A DNA stretch of 64,000 nt from Octopus sinensis (lineage: Eukaryota). Location of the stretch: NCBI RefSeq assembly GCF_006345805.1, contig NC_043002.1, positions 23,498,001 through 23,562,000 of the forward strand, read 5' to 3'. Below, piece after piece: positions 1-12,300 of this stretch. The stretch's first letter is position 1. Each line of letters starts with the position of its first letter. A model generated the notes under the pieces. It did no database searches. It was not told where the DNA came from and saw nothing but the letters and a program-made list of their open reading frames with translations. Position numbers and translations under genes: made by a program.

Positions 1-633
1 GATGTTGGTTATAATGTCATCACACTAGTAACTTAACAAAAATTCTTTAAACTTCTGACAAATTTTTATTCAACTATGAACAGTTTCAAAAATGGACATT
101 TTTCTTATTAAAGAATCAAACAATTTGGAATCAAAGGTTAACTTCAATTTCTAACATTTATTGATCTTTTAACCCTTAATGACAATTATTTAATTAAATT
201 TTTCATAATTATAAAATTGATTAATACAAAAGCTGAGTCTTTCCATATAAAGATGGTAACAAAATTGGCTAATATGCTACATACATTACTCAATGCTAAT
301 TACTCAAGGTGATATAAAGTTTAGTTTAAACATCCAAACATTAAACTCTCAAATAACAAGCAGTGGTAGCACTGCTGAATTGGTGAGTGTTCTAGTAGCT
401 TAAGTCCTGGAGTTTCAGTTCTCTTGTTGGAGAATAGCATCCAAACATAACCTACCCACCTCATATATATGTGATGAGCTTCCTACAGGTTTCCTTCTAC
501 TGTTTCTAGTCCTAAGACATACACAGCTCAAGGTTACATGCACTGGAAACAAACCTGAAATCATGGATTTTATTTTGATATACACAGAAAAATATTTATA
601 TTTTAATATTGTACTGTTTTTCTCTTTGTCCAG

Positions 634-836
634 TGATTTCTAGTACAGTACAGCTGAGGGATTACACACAACCATGGCAACAGAGGAGGAAAGTGAAGCA
701 GAAAAACACTGCCAGATCTTACAAGACTTCACTATGCTGGTTTCATCAAAACCATCCAGATGGTTGCCCTGTCAGCAGAGAAGAGTGTAACTTTGCACAT
801 GGAGAAGAAGAATTGAGAGAAAAGACACATCACTGA
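634..836 (+). CDS. TRMT44: Terminal coding exon of a probable tRNA (uracil-O2'-)-methyltransferase with C-terminal CCCH zinc finger; upstream exons lie outside the window
   Basis: Acceptor ttttctctttgtccAG at 632-633. Frame reads ..VQLRDY..YKTSLCWFHQNHPDGCPVSREECNFAHGEEELR..stop, resembling the TRMT44 C-terminus (KTxLCWF..HPDGC..C.FAHG..ELR) as I recall it. Confidence 0.72.
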
Positions 837-884
837 GATATGGAGGAGGGGAAATTCAGAGAAAGAACATTTTCCCATCTTACT

Positions 885-1630
885 GAGAGAGAGAGAGAGA
901 GTGAGTGAGTGAGTGAGTGAGTGAGTGAGTGAGTGAGTGAGTGAGTGAGTGAGTGAGTGAGTGAGTGAGTGAGTGAGTGAGTGAGTGAGTGAGTGAGTGA
1001 GTGAGTGAGTGAGTGAGTGAGTGAGTGAGTGAGTGAGTGAGTGAGTGAGTGAGTGAGTGAGTGAGTGAGGAGTGAGTGAGTGAGTGAGTGAGTGAGTGAG
1101 TGAGTGAGTGAGTGAGTGAGTGAGTGAGTGAGTGTGAGTGAGTGAGTGAGTGAGTGAGTGAGTGAGTGAGTGAGTGAGTGGTGAGTGAGTGAGTGAGTGA
1201 GTGGTGAGTGAGTGAGTGAGTGATGTGAGTGAGTGAGTGATGAGTGAGTGAGTGAGTGAGTGAGTGAGTGAGTGAGTGAGTGAGTGAGTGAGTAGTGAGT
1301 GAGTGAGTGAGTGAGTGAGTGAGTGAGTGAGTGAGTGAGTGAGTGAGTGAGTGAGTGAGTGAGTGAGTGGAGTGAGTGAGTGAGTGAGTGAGTGAGTGAG
1401 TGAGTGAGTGAGTGGAGTGAGTGAGTGGTGAGTGAGTGAGTGAGTGAGTGAGGAGTGAGTGAGTGAGTGAGTGAGTGAGTGAGTGAAGTGAGTGAGTGAG
1501 TGAGTGAGTAGTGAGTGAGTGAGTGAGTGATGAGTGAGTGAGTGAGTGAGTGAGTGAGTGAGGAGTGAGTGAGTGAGGAGTGAGTGAGTGAGGTGAGTGA
1601 GTGAGTGAGTGAGTGAAGTGAGTGAGTGAG

Positions 1631-1686
<56 letters not shown>

Positions 1687-1708
1687 TGTGTGTGGTGTGT
1701 GTGTGTGT
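885..1708. repeat. (GA)n then long (GAGT)n microsatellite, followed by (GT)n
   Basis: Read directly; about 740 nt of GAGT units with scattered single-base indels. Confidence 0.98.
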
Positions 1709-2872
1709 AAGTGAATGATTGAGTGGGTGTTTTAAATAAATTTAATAAATTTTTGATTTTTCTACATTTTCTTTCATTCATTCTTATAAATAATCACATC
1801 TTGCTGACAGGGAGTCAAATTATCGACTGAAATATTAAGGGTTCATATTGTCAATGTATGAGCAAGGCATAATTGATGGGGATACTTAACTCTGAATAAA
1901 ACTAGAGGTGTAGCCAGGCTCAAGAAAAAGGCACCATGGCACATACCAAACAATTTTTAAGTCATTTCTCTTATATTATGCAAAATATTTCATTAATTAT
2001 AATATACATAATTGTATTCTACATTCATTAATTTCTTGTCTCAGCAATGATGTCATTATGTATGAAACTTATAGCTACTGATGTAGGTACCTAAAGAGTT
2101 AAAAAAAAATATTGAAAAGGCACCAATTTTGAAAAATGTGCTTGTGGAGAGTGATTGCTCCCTTATTTGCTACATCACTGATAAGAACTGGCTCAGGCTG
2201 TAACAACTTGATAAATCCTTCCCAGCATGGAAAGCAGTCATTAAAATGATGAATTGGTTGAGGCAAATTCCATCTGGCCAATGTGAGCATAGAAAAATAA
2301 ATGTTAAATGGTGATGATGAGGAGGAGGAGCCCCCCCCCCTCCAAATAATTACCAAACTATTCCATATCTGTGACAAAACAAAACGTTTTCAGAGACAGA
2401 AGAGGAAGCAAATATAGTTGATTGAATCTCTTTATCCCGACTTTTGAATGCCAACTTTGGCAGGATTTGAGATCAGTATGTGACATAACCACCATTTTCC
2501 ATCACTCATCTGTCACTAAATTATCTAACCAACAAGAGTGAACCTCTATTTGGACATTCATCCTGTTAAAAATAGTAGTTAAATTTCCCTTGAACCACAC
2601 CTTACTGATTGTAAAGAGGTCCTGCACATAGGAAAAAAAAAGCAGGATGGCCACGGTTGGAATGACTTTGATCTGGGATTCAACATAATCAGAATATATA
2701 TTTATGACATAAGCACAAGTCAACCCATTTTGAGAACTGGCATAGTTGATCAAATTTACTCAAGTCCATTACTGGTATTTAGTTTACCAACCCCATCCCC
2801 TAAAGAAAAATGTTGAGTCAAATTCAGTGGAATTTAAACACAAAAATGATGGGGATGCAACTAAATAACCCA

Positions 2873-3360
2873 ATTATTTACAACTGACGAATATTTGTCC
2901 TCATCTTCTTTGTTAACACATTTTGGCTGATATACCCTCCAACCTTCATCAGGTGTCTTGGGGAAATTTCGAACTTGGGTTCTCATTCCTTAGATATTTT
3001 TCAATGTTGTTGTTATTATTCAGGTCACTGCCTGGAGTCGAACTCAGAATCTTGAGGTTAGTGGTCCATACTCTTAACCACTATGCCATATGCCCGTGGG
3101 CATTTGGGGTAGTGTTTAAGAGCACAGCCTACTAACCCAAAGATTCCGAATTCGATTCCAGGCAGTGACCTGAATAATAATAATAACATCGAAAAATACC
3201 TTAGGAATGAGAACCCAGGTTCGAAATTTCCCCAAGACACCTGATGAAGGTTGGAGGGTATATCAGCCAAAACGTTGTGTTAACAACAAACAAGATGAAG
3301 ACAAATATCCGTCAATTGTAAATAATGTACATAATTCCTCATCTCTTAAATATAGAACTG
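2873..3360. mobile_element. Head-to-head palindromic dimer of a tRNA-headed SINE-like element with a hammerhead-like motif
   Basis: Arms 2873-3095 and 3098-3326 are reverse complements around atgccc-gt-gggcat. A/B-box-like heads face outward. Same family at 56434-56956. Confidence 0.85.
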
Positions 3361-5640
3361 TAAATAACCTAAGGTGCTTATGTAATGCTCTTCCAATTCT
3401 GCTATATAGTGCCTCCTGCCATCATCCAAATATTGATTTCTTACATAGATGCTTATACCTTGATCACTTTCCCTCTAATATTCTCCCATCCCTCAATACT
3501 ATACTCCACTCATTTGAAGGGTCTTGTCTTGTGAGTACTTGGTGTTAGGAAAAGCATCCAGTTGTAGAAACCATACCAAAGTACACATTGAAGCTCAGTG
3601 CAGCCCTCTAGCTCATCAAACCTTCCAATCCATGCCAGCATGGTAAAACAGACATTGAATGATAAGGATGTAAGGCCTCAAATTTTGAGGACAATATAGT
3701 CAAGTTTAGCAACCCCTGTATTTCAATAGTACTTCATTTTACCAACTCCAAGAGAATGAAAGGCAAAGTTGACTTTAGCAGGATTTGAACTCAGAACATG
3801 TATTACTGTAACTAAACAGAATTTTGTCCTGCGTTCTAACAGTTCTGCCAATCTACTATCCTAGCAAGCATATTAAGATATAAAAAATATCTACATTTGT
3901 TTTAAACATTGTAAAGAGAGAGGGAAAAAAAAAGAAAGTATGTGTGAGGCTATACACAAAATGAAAATTCTTTTCAAAATTTATTAAAATGGTGTAAGAA
4001 TGAAGTAGTTGGCCAGTAGTTAAAAATGGAATCAAGTTTGTAAATCATATTGACTCCAGTACAAGGTTGGTATGTATTTATTAACTTTCAAATGAACCAA
4101 ATGAAACGATAACTAAGGCAAAACTACTCTTTGAAATGCTAGTAGCCTTGGCATATATGTGCGTGTAGGTAGGTATGTACCTATGTATGTGTGTATATAG
4201 ATAGATAGATATAATCGCTTCTGATTTAGAAACAAGGCCAGTAGTTATGAGGGGAGAGAGTTAATAAATGTATCATCAATACCAGCATTTGACTGGTGAG
4301 CAATCTTATTGACCCTAAAGGGATGAAAGTCAAAGCTGATCCCTATGGGATTTCGCATTAGAATATCAAAAGTCAGAAGAAATACGGAAAGTTGTTTTTT
4401 CTAATACTCTAAAAATTCTATCAACTCACTGCCCTGCAGTATTATATATAATAAACACTAATATAGGGCACCAAAACTGTAGAGGCTTCCTTAAATCACG
4501 ACTGCAAAGTGATAGTTTTTACAAGGAATGGAGGGGAGGTAACCACCAGAAATGCTGTCGTTCCCTCAACACTCGTATAAAATGTTAATGAAGCTGAACA
4601 TTAAATGTATATATCAAATCTCTTTAAACCACAATCTGTGCGTTTAAATATAAAAACAAAAAGAATCATTTAACATTTTTACAAATATTAAAAATTGAAA
4701 CTTGGAATTGTCCAAGGCATTCAAATTGCCTGAATCTTCAAATCATAGATGTTCATTCAACTGAGGCGGCAGTTCTGTAAGAAAAAAATTTTTTTAAATG
4801 GAATTATAAATAATGTCGTATTATACCATCACTTCATCAATATCTGTAATAATAGAAAAATGAACCAATGCTTAGTTGGAGGGTTGAGGGGAGGCAAGAC
4901 AACATAGCTGATATAGGGGTGTTCAAAGATACACAGCTAATATTGATGAAGGTGTGTAGTAGCACTGTTGAGAACACATAAGGGCAGGATTGCAACACAT
5001 TGATATGGTTAAGAGGAGGAATGGCTAGGGGAAGCAATGATACTGATAAGAAAATGGAGCGGAGGGTACACTGCTTAATTAACAGGAAAGATGGGACGTT
5101 TAAAATATTTTTATTGCTATTAATAGATATTGATGATAATGGATTTCATTTCCTATTTAAAATCAGAGTCAAGAGGGCTGATCCTTTTTTCATCAATACT
5201 TTTAATTATATAAGATCAAAATATTGGCGCTTTTATTGCATGGATATACAACGTTTTTGAGGGAACAACATGGAACAAGTAAAAAATCACAGTAGGTGAC
5301 TATCACTATTCTATTTCAAATGTTGATTGAAAACTATTTCACTTGACTAAGCCATGTAAACATTTTTCACTGAGTTAATAGAGTACTGAACAAGCAGCCA
5401 TGTGTTCAAATCTTATCAGTATAATGGCCATGTTTAGATACCTTCGGGATTTCCCTAAGGAACCACATACAAATATGGAATTTTGATACTTAATTGCAAA
5501 CAGGAAAGCCATTCTTTCCTACAAAAAGGCAGCTTCATGTGTGGGTTGCAAAAGTGCATGTGATCTGGAGTCATCTAAAAACAGGATCACCTACTCAATG
5601 ACTTCTGGTCACTAACTACGGGTGTGATAATCATCAGTGA

Positions 5641-5910
5641 GTGGAAGCACATGGCCTAATGGTTAGAGCAGCGGACTCACAGTCTAGGGATCGCGGGTTT
5701 GAATCACAGACCAGGCAATGTGTGTGTTTATGAGCAAAACAGCTAAGCTTCATGTGGCTCCAGCAGAAGCTAATGGCGAACTTTTGCTGACTTTTTTGCC
5801 ACAACTTTCTCTCACTCTTTCCTCCTGCATCTTGCAGCTCACCTGTGACGGACCTGTACGCCAAGGAAACTGGCCCTTATGAGCCAGGTGTGGCTCGAGA
5901 AGGAACAAAC
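5641..5910 (+). mobile_element. tRNA-derived SINE; shares its 5' part with the 18058-18432 family (Octopus OR-like, tentative)
   Basis: A-box-like tggcctaatggttag, B-box-like gtttgaatc; body ccacaactttctctcactctt also seen at about 18255-18275 (reverse strand). Confidence 0.75.
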
Positions 5911-6809
5911 AATCATCAGTGAAACCAGAATTTCCAACACGCATGCTTTGGAGTCCCTTTTTCATGACTGAGATGTATGCATCTCTTAGCCAACCTGAAA
6001 TGATGATGAATGGAGTGGGGATATTTCAGAAAGGCCTGTATCTCGAGATATGTCGATCTTTTTAGACCAGCTGTTTGACAGGTACGAACTGGATTTCTCA
6101 AATGCGGAGATGATAAAAAATCATTGGGCAGAAAGCCCAACTGCTACACACGTAGAATTAGGGGGTACATTTAATTGTTTTCTATTAAGAGGAGATCGAA
6201 AGACAGAAGAGAGCATCAGAAATTGCACTAAGGCACAGACATTGTTTCTCAGGTCGAGATTCCAGAAATAGAGGAAGATAATATTTCATCTTTGGACCAA
6301 AGAACCGACAAAAAGAAAGTGAACGACCAGGAAGAGGATACCCAAGAAACCAAGGGCTCCTTCCCTTTCCAATAGTATAGCTCTGTTTTGATACAATAAG
6401 AATGAAATGTAAAATTGAAAAGGGTATCAAGCTGTCTGTAGAAGCAAGAAAACAGAGGAAAAGACAGGAGAGTATAGAAACGAAGGATGAGCCTAAGCAG
6501 AAGATATACAAAACACAAAAAGTCGTCTAGCCTTATGGAGGTACTCAACTTTATGATGAACTGGAATTCCGTTTAACGGCTTAACCTATAACCCGGAGAA
6601 TAATGAACTAGTTAATGCATTCGTTGGACACAAAATAAAGGATCAGTATCAGCAATTCTAAAAATGTAGTTATATAAATAAATAAATATATATATATATA
6701 TATATATATACATAATTTCAACAATTGAGGGTAAAATTAATTAATTATTAATCAATTTCACCAAGTATTCAGTATGTAAAGGGACCATTTAAGGCGAATT
6801 CAAAATATC

Positions 6810-6963
6810 ACATTTTATAAAGGGCTTAGTAAAATAAATTACTTTGCCACATACTGAACTCATTAGAAATAGCAGCCAAAAAAAATTTTTATAGCCATTG
6901 CTATTTCTAATGAGTTCAGTATGTGGCAAAGTAATTTATTTTACTAAGCCCTTTATAAAATGT
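6810..6963. repeat. Perfect 65-bp inverted repeat with 24-nt spacer
   Basis: 6810-6874 is the exact reverse complement of 6899-6963 (checked base by base). Confidence 0.95.
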
Positions 6964-7425
6964 AATATATATATACATATATATATAAAGACCTCATTGT
7001 TGGTCTATGAATGTTTGGAAGGTTATAGTTCCAAAAATGTAAGACCCTCCGCGGAGATGTTTCTTACTCCGTCCTTAGTTTTTAAATAAATTTCTTTATA
7101 CATCTACCCACATCTTGTAACACTAGTTGGATCAAAGTTCAACTAGGATTAAGCAACAGAAGTTTACCTGCCTCTCGTGCCAACGAAGGAGCCTCTACGC
7201 GGTTACTCAACCTATGGGAAATAATAGCCAGATCACACCCAATTATCTTAAAACAGGACACATTGGGTAATTAAAGAAATTCAACATACAGTCTCTGAAA
7301 AAATTAAAATACAAGATGGCTACGATAGAAAGACTTTTGACCAGAGTGTTAATCATAGACGAGATAAGATTAACAAGCATTATCTACGTTTAGTGTTTTA
7401 GTCACCGCCTTTAAGTAAAAAGGAA

Positions 7426-8168
7426 GTATCTTTTCCTTTTGAATGCCAGTTTTCAACACAATTTCTAGTTAACTAAACACTTTAAAACTTCATATATTGG
7501 TAGAATGTGTCAAAATAAAACATTTTTTTGTCTTGGCTTTCTTAAGAAAATTGTAATTTGTTTAACGTAGTTTAATTTTTCGAATTTTAACCAATGAATC
7601 GCCTCTATTGAGCTAAAATCATTTGCTGCGTCTAAAACTGAGACAACATCCTGTCACTGTTATGTTTACGTTCGGAAAGCGTGTGTATAAAATTATATAA
7701 TTATTTTGTTTGTTAATTGTTTAAATTATTTTCCATTGCTTTCGTTTTAGCTTTTCGTTTGTTTGTTGTTTTTTTCTTAAGCAATGGAAAATAGTTTAAA
7801 CAATACACGTGTATCTCAAAACAAAAGCAAAACGAATAATTTTAGACACACGCGTAACAATTAAGAAAAAAAAACGAAAGGCTAAAATTTAGGGTTAGGG
7901 TTAGGGTTAATGTTAGGGTTGGAGTTAGGGTAGGGTCAGGGTCAGTGACAGGATGTCTCAGTTTTAGACGCATCAAATGATTTTAGCTAAATAGAGGCAA
8001 TCGATTGGTTAAAATTCGAAAAATTAAACTGCGTTAAACTTACAAATTACAATTTTCTCAAGAGAAAAAAATGTTTTATTTTCACACACTCTACCAGTAT
8101 ACGAAGTTTAAAAGTGTTTAGTTATCTAGAAATTGTGTTGAAAACTACCGTTCAAAAGGAAAAGATCC
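7426..8168. mobile_element. Non-autonomous DNA transposon (MITE/foldback) with ~230-bp TIRs, 8-bp TSD and internal TTAGGG-like repeats
   Basis: Arms 7426-7659 and 7943-8168 are imperfect reverse complements; TSD aaaaggaa at 7418-7425 and 8169-8176; TTAGGG-like run about 7889-7942. Confidence 0.88.
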
Positions 8169-8216
8169 AAAAGGAAACTTGTTTACTCACTTGGTTATTA
8201 CAAATCAACGAGATCC

Positions 8217-9371
8217 TCAGTGTATATCAGCAACCGTCTGCACCACTTCTGCTTCTTCTTTCGTCTCTGAGGATATACCAGTCATCGTCAGATAACCATC
8301 GGAGAAATTACTAGAAACAGACATCGGACAGGGAACCAATTCTCCGAAACGTGTGAAATCTACATTCCAGTGACCGTTTTTCTGATCAAACTGGTTGGCA
8401 TGAGCAAATCTGTATCCCCAGACAATCTCTTCAGCAATGTAGGACGTCTTCACTTGACACATTTCTCCGGTCGACTCGATCACGCCGTTAATCCATACAA
8501 TAAGTTCGATTTTCTTGACGAGCAGATCGTCCAGGTTAAGACAGAAGAAAGGGCTGGCATCCGTTATATAGTGCGTCAAAATAACCGGCCACATTAAAAA
8601 CACGTTACTGCCAACGTTGTTTATTTCAAAGTCCACTTTGACTTGATAGAGAGGATGAACGAAACCCTCGAGCGTCACGTACTCGGCGACCAGCATGCCA
8701 CCAACTTTAGCATTGATGAGGTGGGTATGTCGAAGATCGGCCACCTGAATTTGTAACACTGGATGCCCGTTCTCGTAACACAAACACGCTTTGTAGCTGA
8801 ACATCACCGTGTTTGAACGGTTCTTTGGACGAACCATCTTGGCGAATACAAACCCCAAGGAGATCGCTTCGAGAATAAAACCAATGAGGACTTGAAAGAA
8901 GAGCGTTGGAATCGTACTAACACAATCAGTGCTGGGGTACACGAACCCGTAGCCAATTGTGGTTTGAGTTTCAACAGAAAACAAGAAAAAATCTGCAAAC
9001 GTTTCCAGGTCTGGGAGGCAAGGTTTCGAATTAGAATTGTGCGAGTTGAAGTCGCCGTGTATGTAGGAGTTCAGCCACCAAATCACAGCAAATGCAGTAA
9101 AAGTGATAGCATGAGAGGAGAGGAAGACTAGAATAGCCCAATGCCATCGCATTTCAAGAATGGTGTTGTAATAATCTTCGATAAAACTGAAACGATGCCT
9201 TTCGAGGCCTTTCCGGTCGATAAGAGAATTTCCTGCTTTGGTGAGAAGAAAATGACCAGGATCTTCGTCTGTCTTTTCATTGATACAGTTTAAGTATTTA
9301 CAAAAATAATTCCATATTCCACTCAAAATGTAATTTCTGTTCGTCGGCGTGTCTGTGTTTTGGGTAACCAT
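8217..9371 (-). CDS. Inward-rectifier potassium channel, Kir7.1/KCNJ13-like, intronless CDS, 384 aa ('KirA')
   Basis: Slide helix and RWHW, M1, both conserved extracellular Cys, pore FSVETQTTIGYGFVYP, M2 FQ..IG..LEA..LG, KMVRPKNR tether, G-loop ESTGE.CQ.KTSY, EI.WGYRF. Complete uninterrupted ORF. Confidence 0.95.
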   Translation of the reverse strand: MVTQNTDTPTNRNYILSGIWNYFCKYLNCINEKTDEDPGHFLLTKAGNSLIDRKGLERHRFSFIEDYYNTILEMRWHWAILVFLSSHAITFTAFAVIWWLNSYIHGDFNSHNSNSKPCLPDLETFADFFLFSVETQTTIGYGFVYPSTDCVSTIPTLFFQVLIGFILEAISLGFVFAKMVRPKNRSNTVMFSYKACLCYENGHPVLQIQVADLRHTHLINAKVGGMLVAEYVTLEGFVHPLYQVKVDFEINNVGSNVFLMWPVILTHYITDASPFFCLNLDDLLVKKIELIVWINGVIESTGEMCQVKTSYIAEEIVWGYRFAHANQFDQKNGHWNVDFTRFGELVPCPMSVSSNFSDGYLTMTGISSETKEEAEVVQTVADIH

Positions 9372-12300
9372 TATTAAGACTCGAATTTGATGTCTATCAG
9401 TTCGTTATCTTGGGGCTTAGAGTTACTTTTAAAAAATGGAAGGGAAAAAAAAGTCAGCCGACACTTAATTTAGAGCAAGCACCATTTAAAATTCTTAATC
9501 GGAATGCGTGGTTTATAATTTCTACTGATAAATGGATTAAACGTAATCTAAAGATTAATAAAGAACCAAGAAAAAATAATGTTTGCTGGAGTTTTTTAAA
9601 CCTCAAATAATCATGTTCAATTTCCGATTAAATAAATAAATCTACTCTTTCCTCTCAAAAGATTTAATCAATACATACTACTAAAGCTATATGGTCGAGA
9701 TACTCACATAGCTGTCACAGTCGAATCCATTTAGTTGTAATTATGATATCACAAGGAGGTAGAGTCCATTGGACCGCCAACTTACAAATATCGCTTCCAT
9801 TTCCCATTCCCACCCACTCCCAAAACTATCACTGAAAATTTTTTTTGCATTCGTATAATTTTTCTTTCTTTGCTATGATGTTGGACAGGTTTTAAAAGTT
9901 TTAAATCATCTTAAACTTATCAAGCAAAGCGATTTGTCTTCCCCCTTTTCACGCTTCACAGCTCCATCCTCACCTCTATGAGAAATATTGGTATAGTCCA
10001 CCTGGGTAGTAGCAGTATCAATACGAAGTGTAAGGTTAAGAAGTTCATTTGTAATCACGTAGTTCCGGATTCGATCCTATCGGACGACAGCACCTTGGGC
10101 AAATGTCTTCTAGGTCGAATCAAGGTTTGTCAGTGCAGTTGGGTCGATGAAAACTGGATGCACTGCACTTGTTGGCCCATTGCCCAAAGCATTCAACCCA
10201 AGTCTACGATATGAGAATATCTTAATACATCGCTGTTTATGGCGACAATCTATGAGGAGTTGAGAAGTCAGGTGAAATATTTGAACAACATAGACAGATA
10301 CAGGTATACCAAATACCATAGAACATAAAATTTTGATTTATAAAAATTATCACCTCCTCTTGAGGATGTGTTATAATTACCAAACGGCATTTAAAGACCA
10401 TCCATCAAAAACAATCCCTTAATTACAAACTCAGGATAGAGATGGAAGGGGACATTGTCAGAAGCCGATCAAAGTAGATTTTCTCTTTCCCATGATTGTT
10501 TATCAGATCCACAGAATAATTTTGAACTCAGGAATGTGAAATAACGAATTTAACATAAACTTCTTTTTCCATATCACAATGGTCGATGGAGCAGATATTT
10601 ACTTCTGGTCTCCACGCCAGATAACTCTCTTCCAGAATGGGTCCTGGTATTTTTCCATAGGAAACATTGAACTGAATACTACAAATTTATACATCATTTG
10701 CCAGTTGCACAACAGTTCCAAGGTACCCACTTTAGGTATACAAATATGAGTAATCACCTGCAACATTTACAACAGAAGTAGCAGCTAAATTTACTCAAAT
10801 TACACCCTACCGTCTTTAGGAAAGGACACCGGATAAAGTAGTTCTAGATATACTGAAAAAAATGATCGACAAGGCTAAAATGTCTTTAACCATAGGTTTG
10901 CTTGATCAGGGCTAACCTGGGGCTAAACAATAACACGCATAGATGACAAAAATGTAACAGAAGTACACTAGAGTTCACGTAGATATCACACCGAACTAAC
11001 AGGGGAGCCTCTACGTATGCGCTTGACCTGACAATGTCTGAAGTAGAAGGCAGGAATGCTTTTCGTCATAGCTCTGTTTGATCAAGATTGATTTGGAGCT
11101 AAACAACAACAGGTACAGCATTTAGTCAATACAGAAACAACAGCATTAATGCAGACCAATATCTTAGATAAATCACAGAATTAAGCCTGTTCTACCTGGC
11201 TGTACCAATAACAAACTATGGTGAATACAGAGCAATATATTGTCTATCATCAGTGGAGGCTGTAAAACAAATCATGAACATAGAGAAATAAAAATACTTA
11301 AAATGAATGACCACTTATCTGGACATTCTGGGAGCAAAGTCTGTTGTATCAAGCTCCAAGACACCTCATGTTCAGTAACTCCACATATACGCTGACATGT
11401 CTACAATCCCATCAGAATACTATCCGTCCTATGCGATCCTAACCTTCTTAACCTCAAGCACCGTGTTGCGACGTACAAAAGCCCAGAGAAACAGGACATT
11501 CTTTTTTTTTTATGCTCTCACAAAGCTTGACTTCTTTCTGTCCGCTAACAAAACCCACTGGCTGAAAGATCGAGCTAGCGAAGAAGTTTATATGCAGTCT
11601 CTCGGATAGAGAAAGCACTCACAACAGCCTTCAAAATCACACCCTATCATCTTGAATAAAGAATACATTAGACAATGTAGTCTCTGGTATTCGTAAGAAA
11701 GACGCAGTAGTCAATCTGGAACATCTTTGATTTTATGTCTGCTTGATGGCTAACTCGGGGTTAAAAACAGCAGAACAAATGCAATATATCCATACAGTAC
11801 TTCTTTTCGCTAATCCATGGTCCTTAAGTATATTGGAAAAGCATGATCTGTGGATTGTACCCCACTGTTCGAGGAACTATCTATATGTCATGGGTCTTTT
11901 CGATGAGGAACCTGGAAGAACTAAACTACTTTAACCTCGGTGAAATGAGCCGTAAAAAGTTAGAGTTTTATACCTGAACATTGTGCAGTGCCGCTGATAG
12001 TGTACGAACCGATAACCTTTCGTTTCGATCCAAGAAATCAATAAATATAAGAGTATTTATAAAAATGGTCACTCAAGTTTAATTTAAAATGAAGGTCAAG
12101 AAGAAATTTCCTTCATCCAGTTTCCATCCCACACCATAAAACAATATAATTATAAGATAACATACGAGGGAACAAGTGCACAGCTATCAAAGGACGAGAT
12201 CTTGAAATCTTTACGATCAAATAAACGACACGGAAATAGTCGTAAATACTTCAGTTCATATCCACACCGGAAGTGGGAGTGTACTTTCGAACTTGAAACG

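Noticed and set aside
732-1781. 349-aa Thr/His/Ser/Leu ORF
   Set aside because: Translation of the (GAGT)n/(GT)n microsatellite; not a gene
7889-7942. TTAGGG-like repeats as telomere or fusion scar
   Set aside because: Short, degenerate and inside a TSD-flanked MITE
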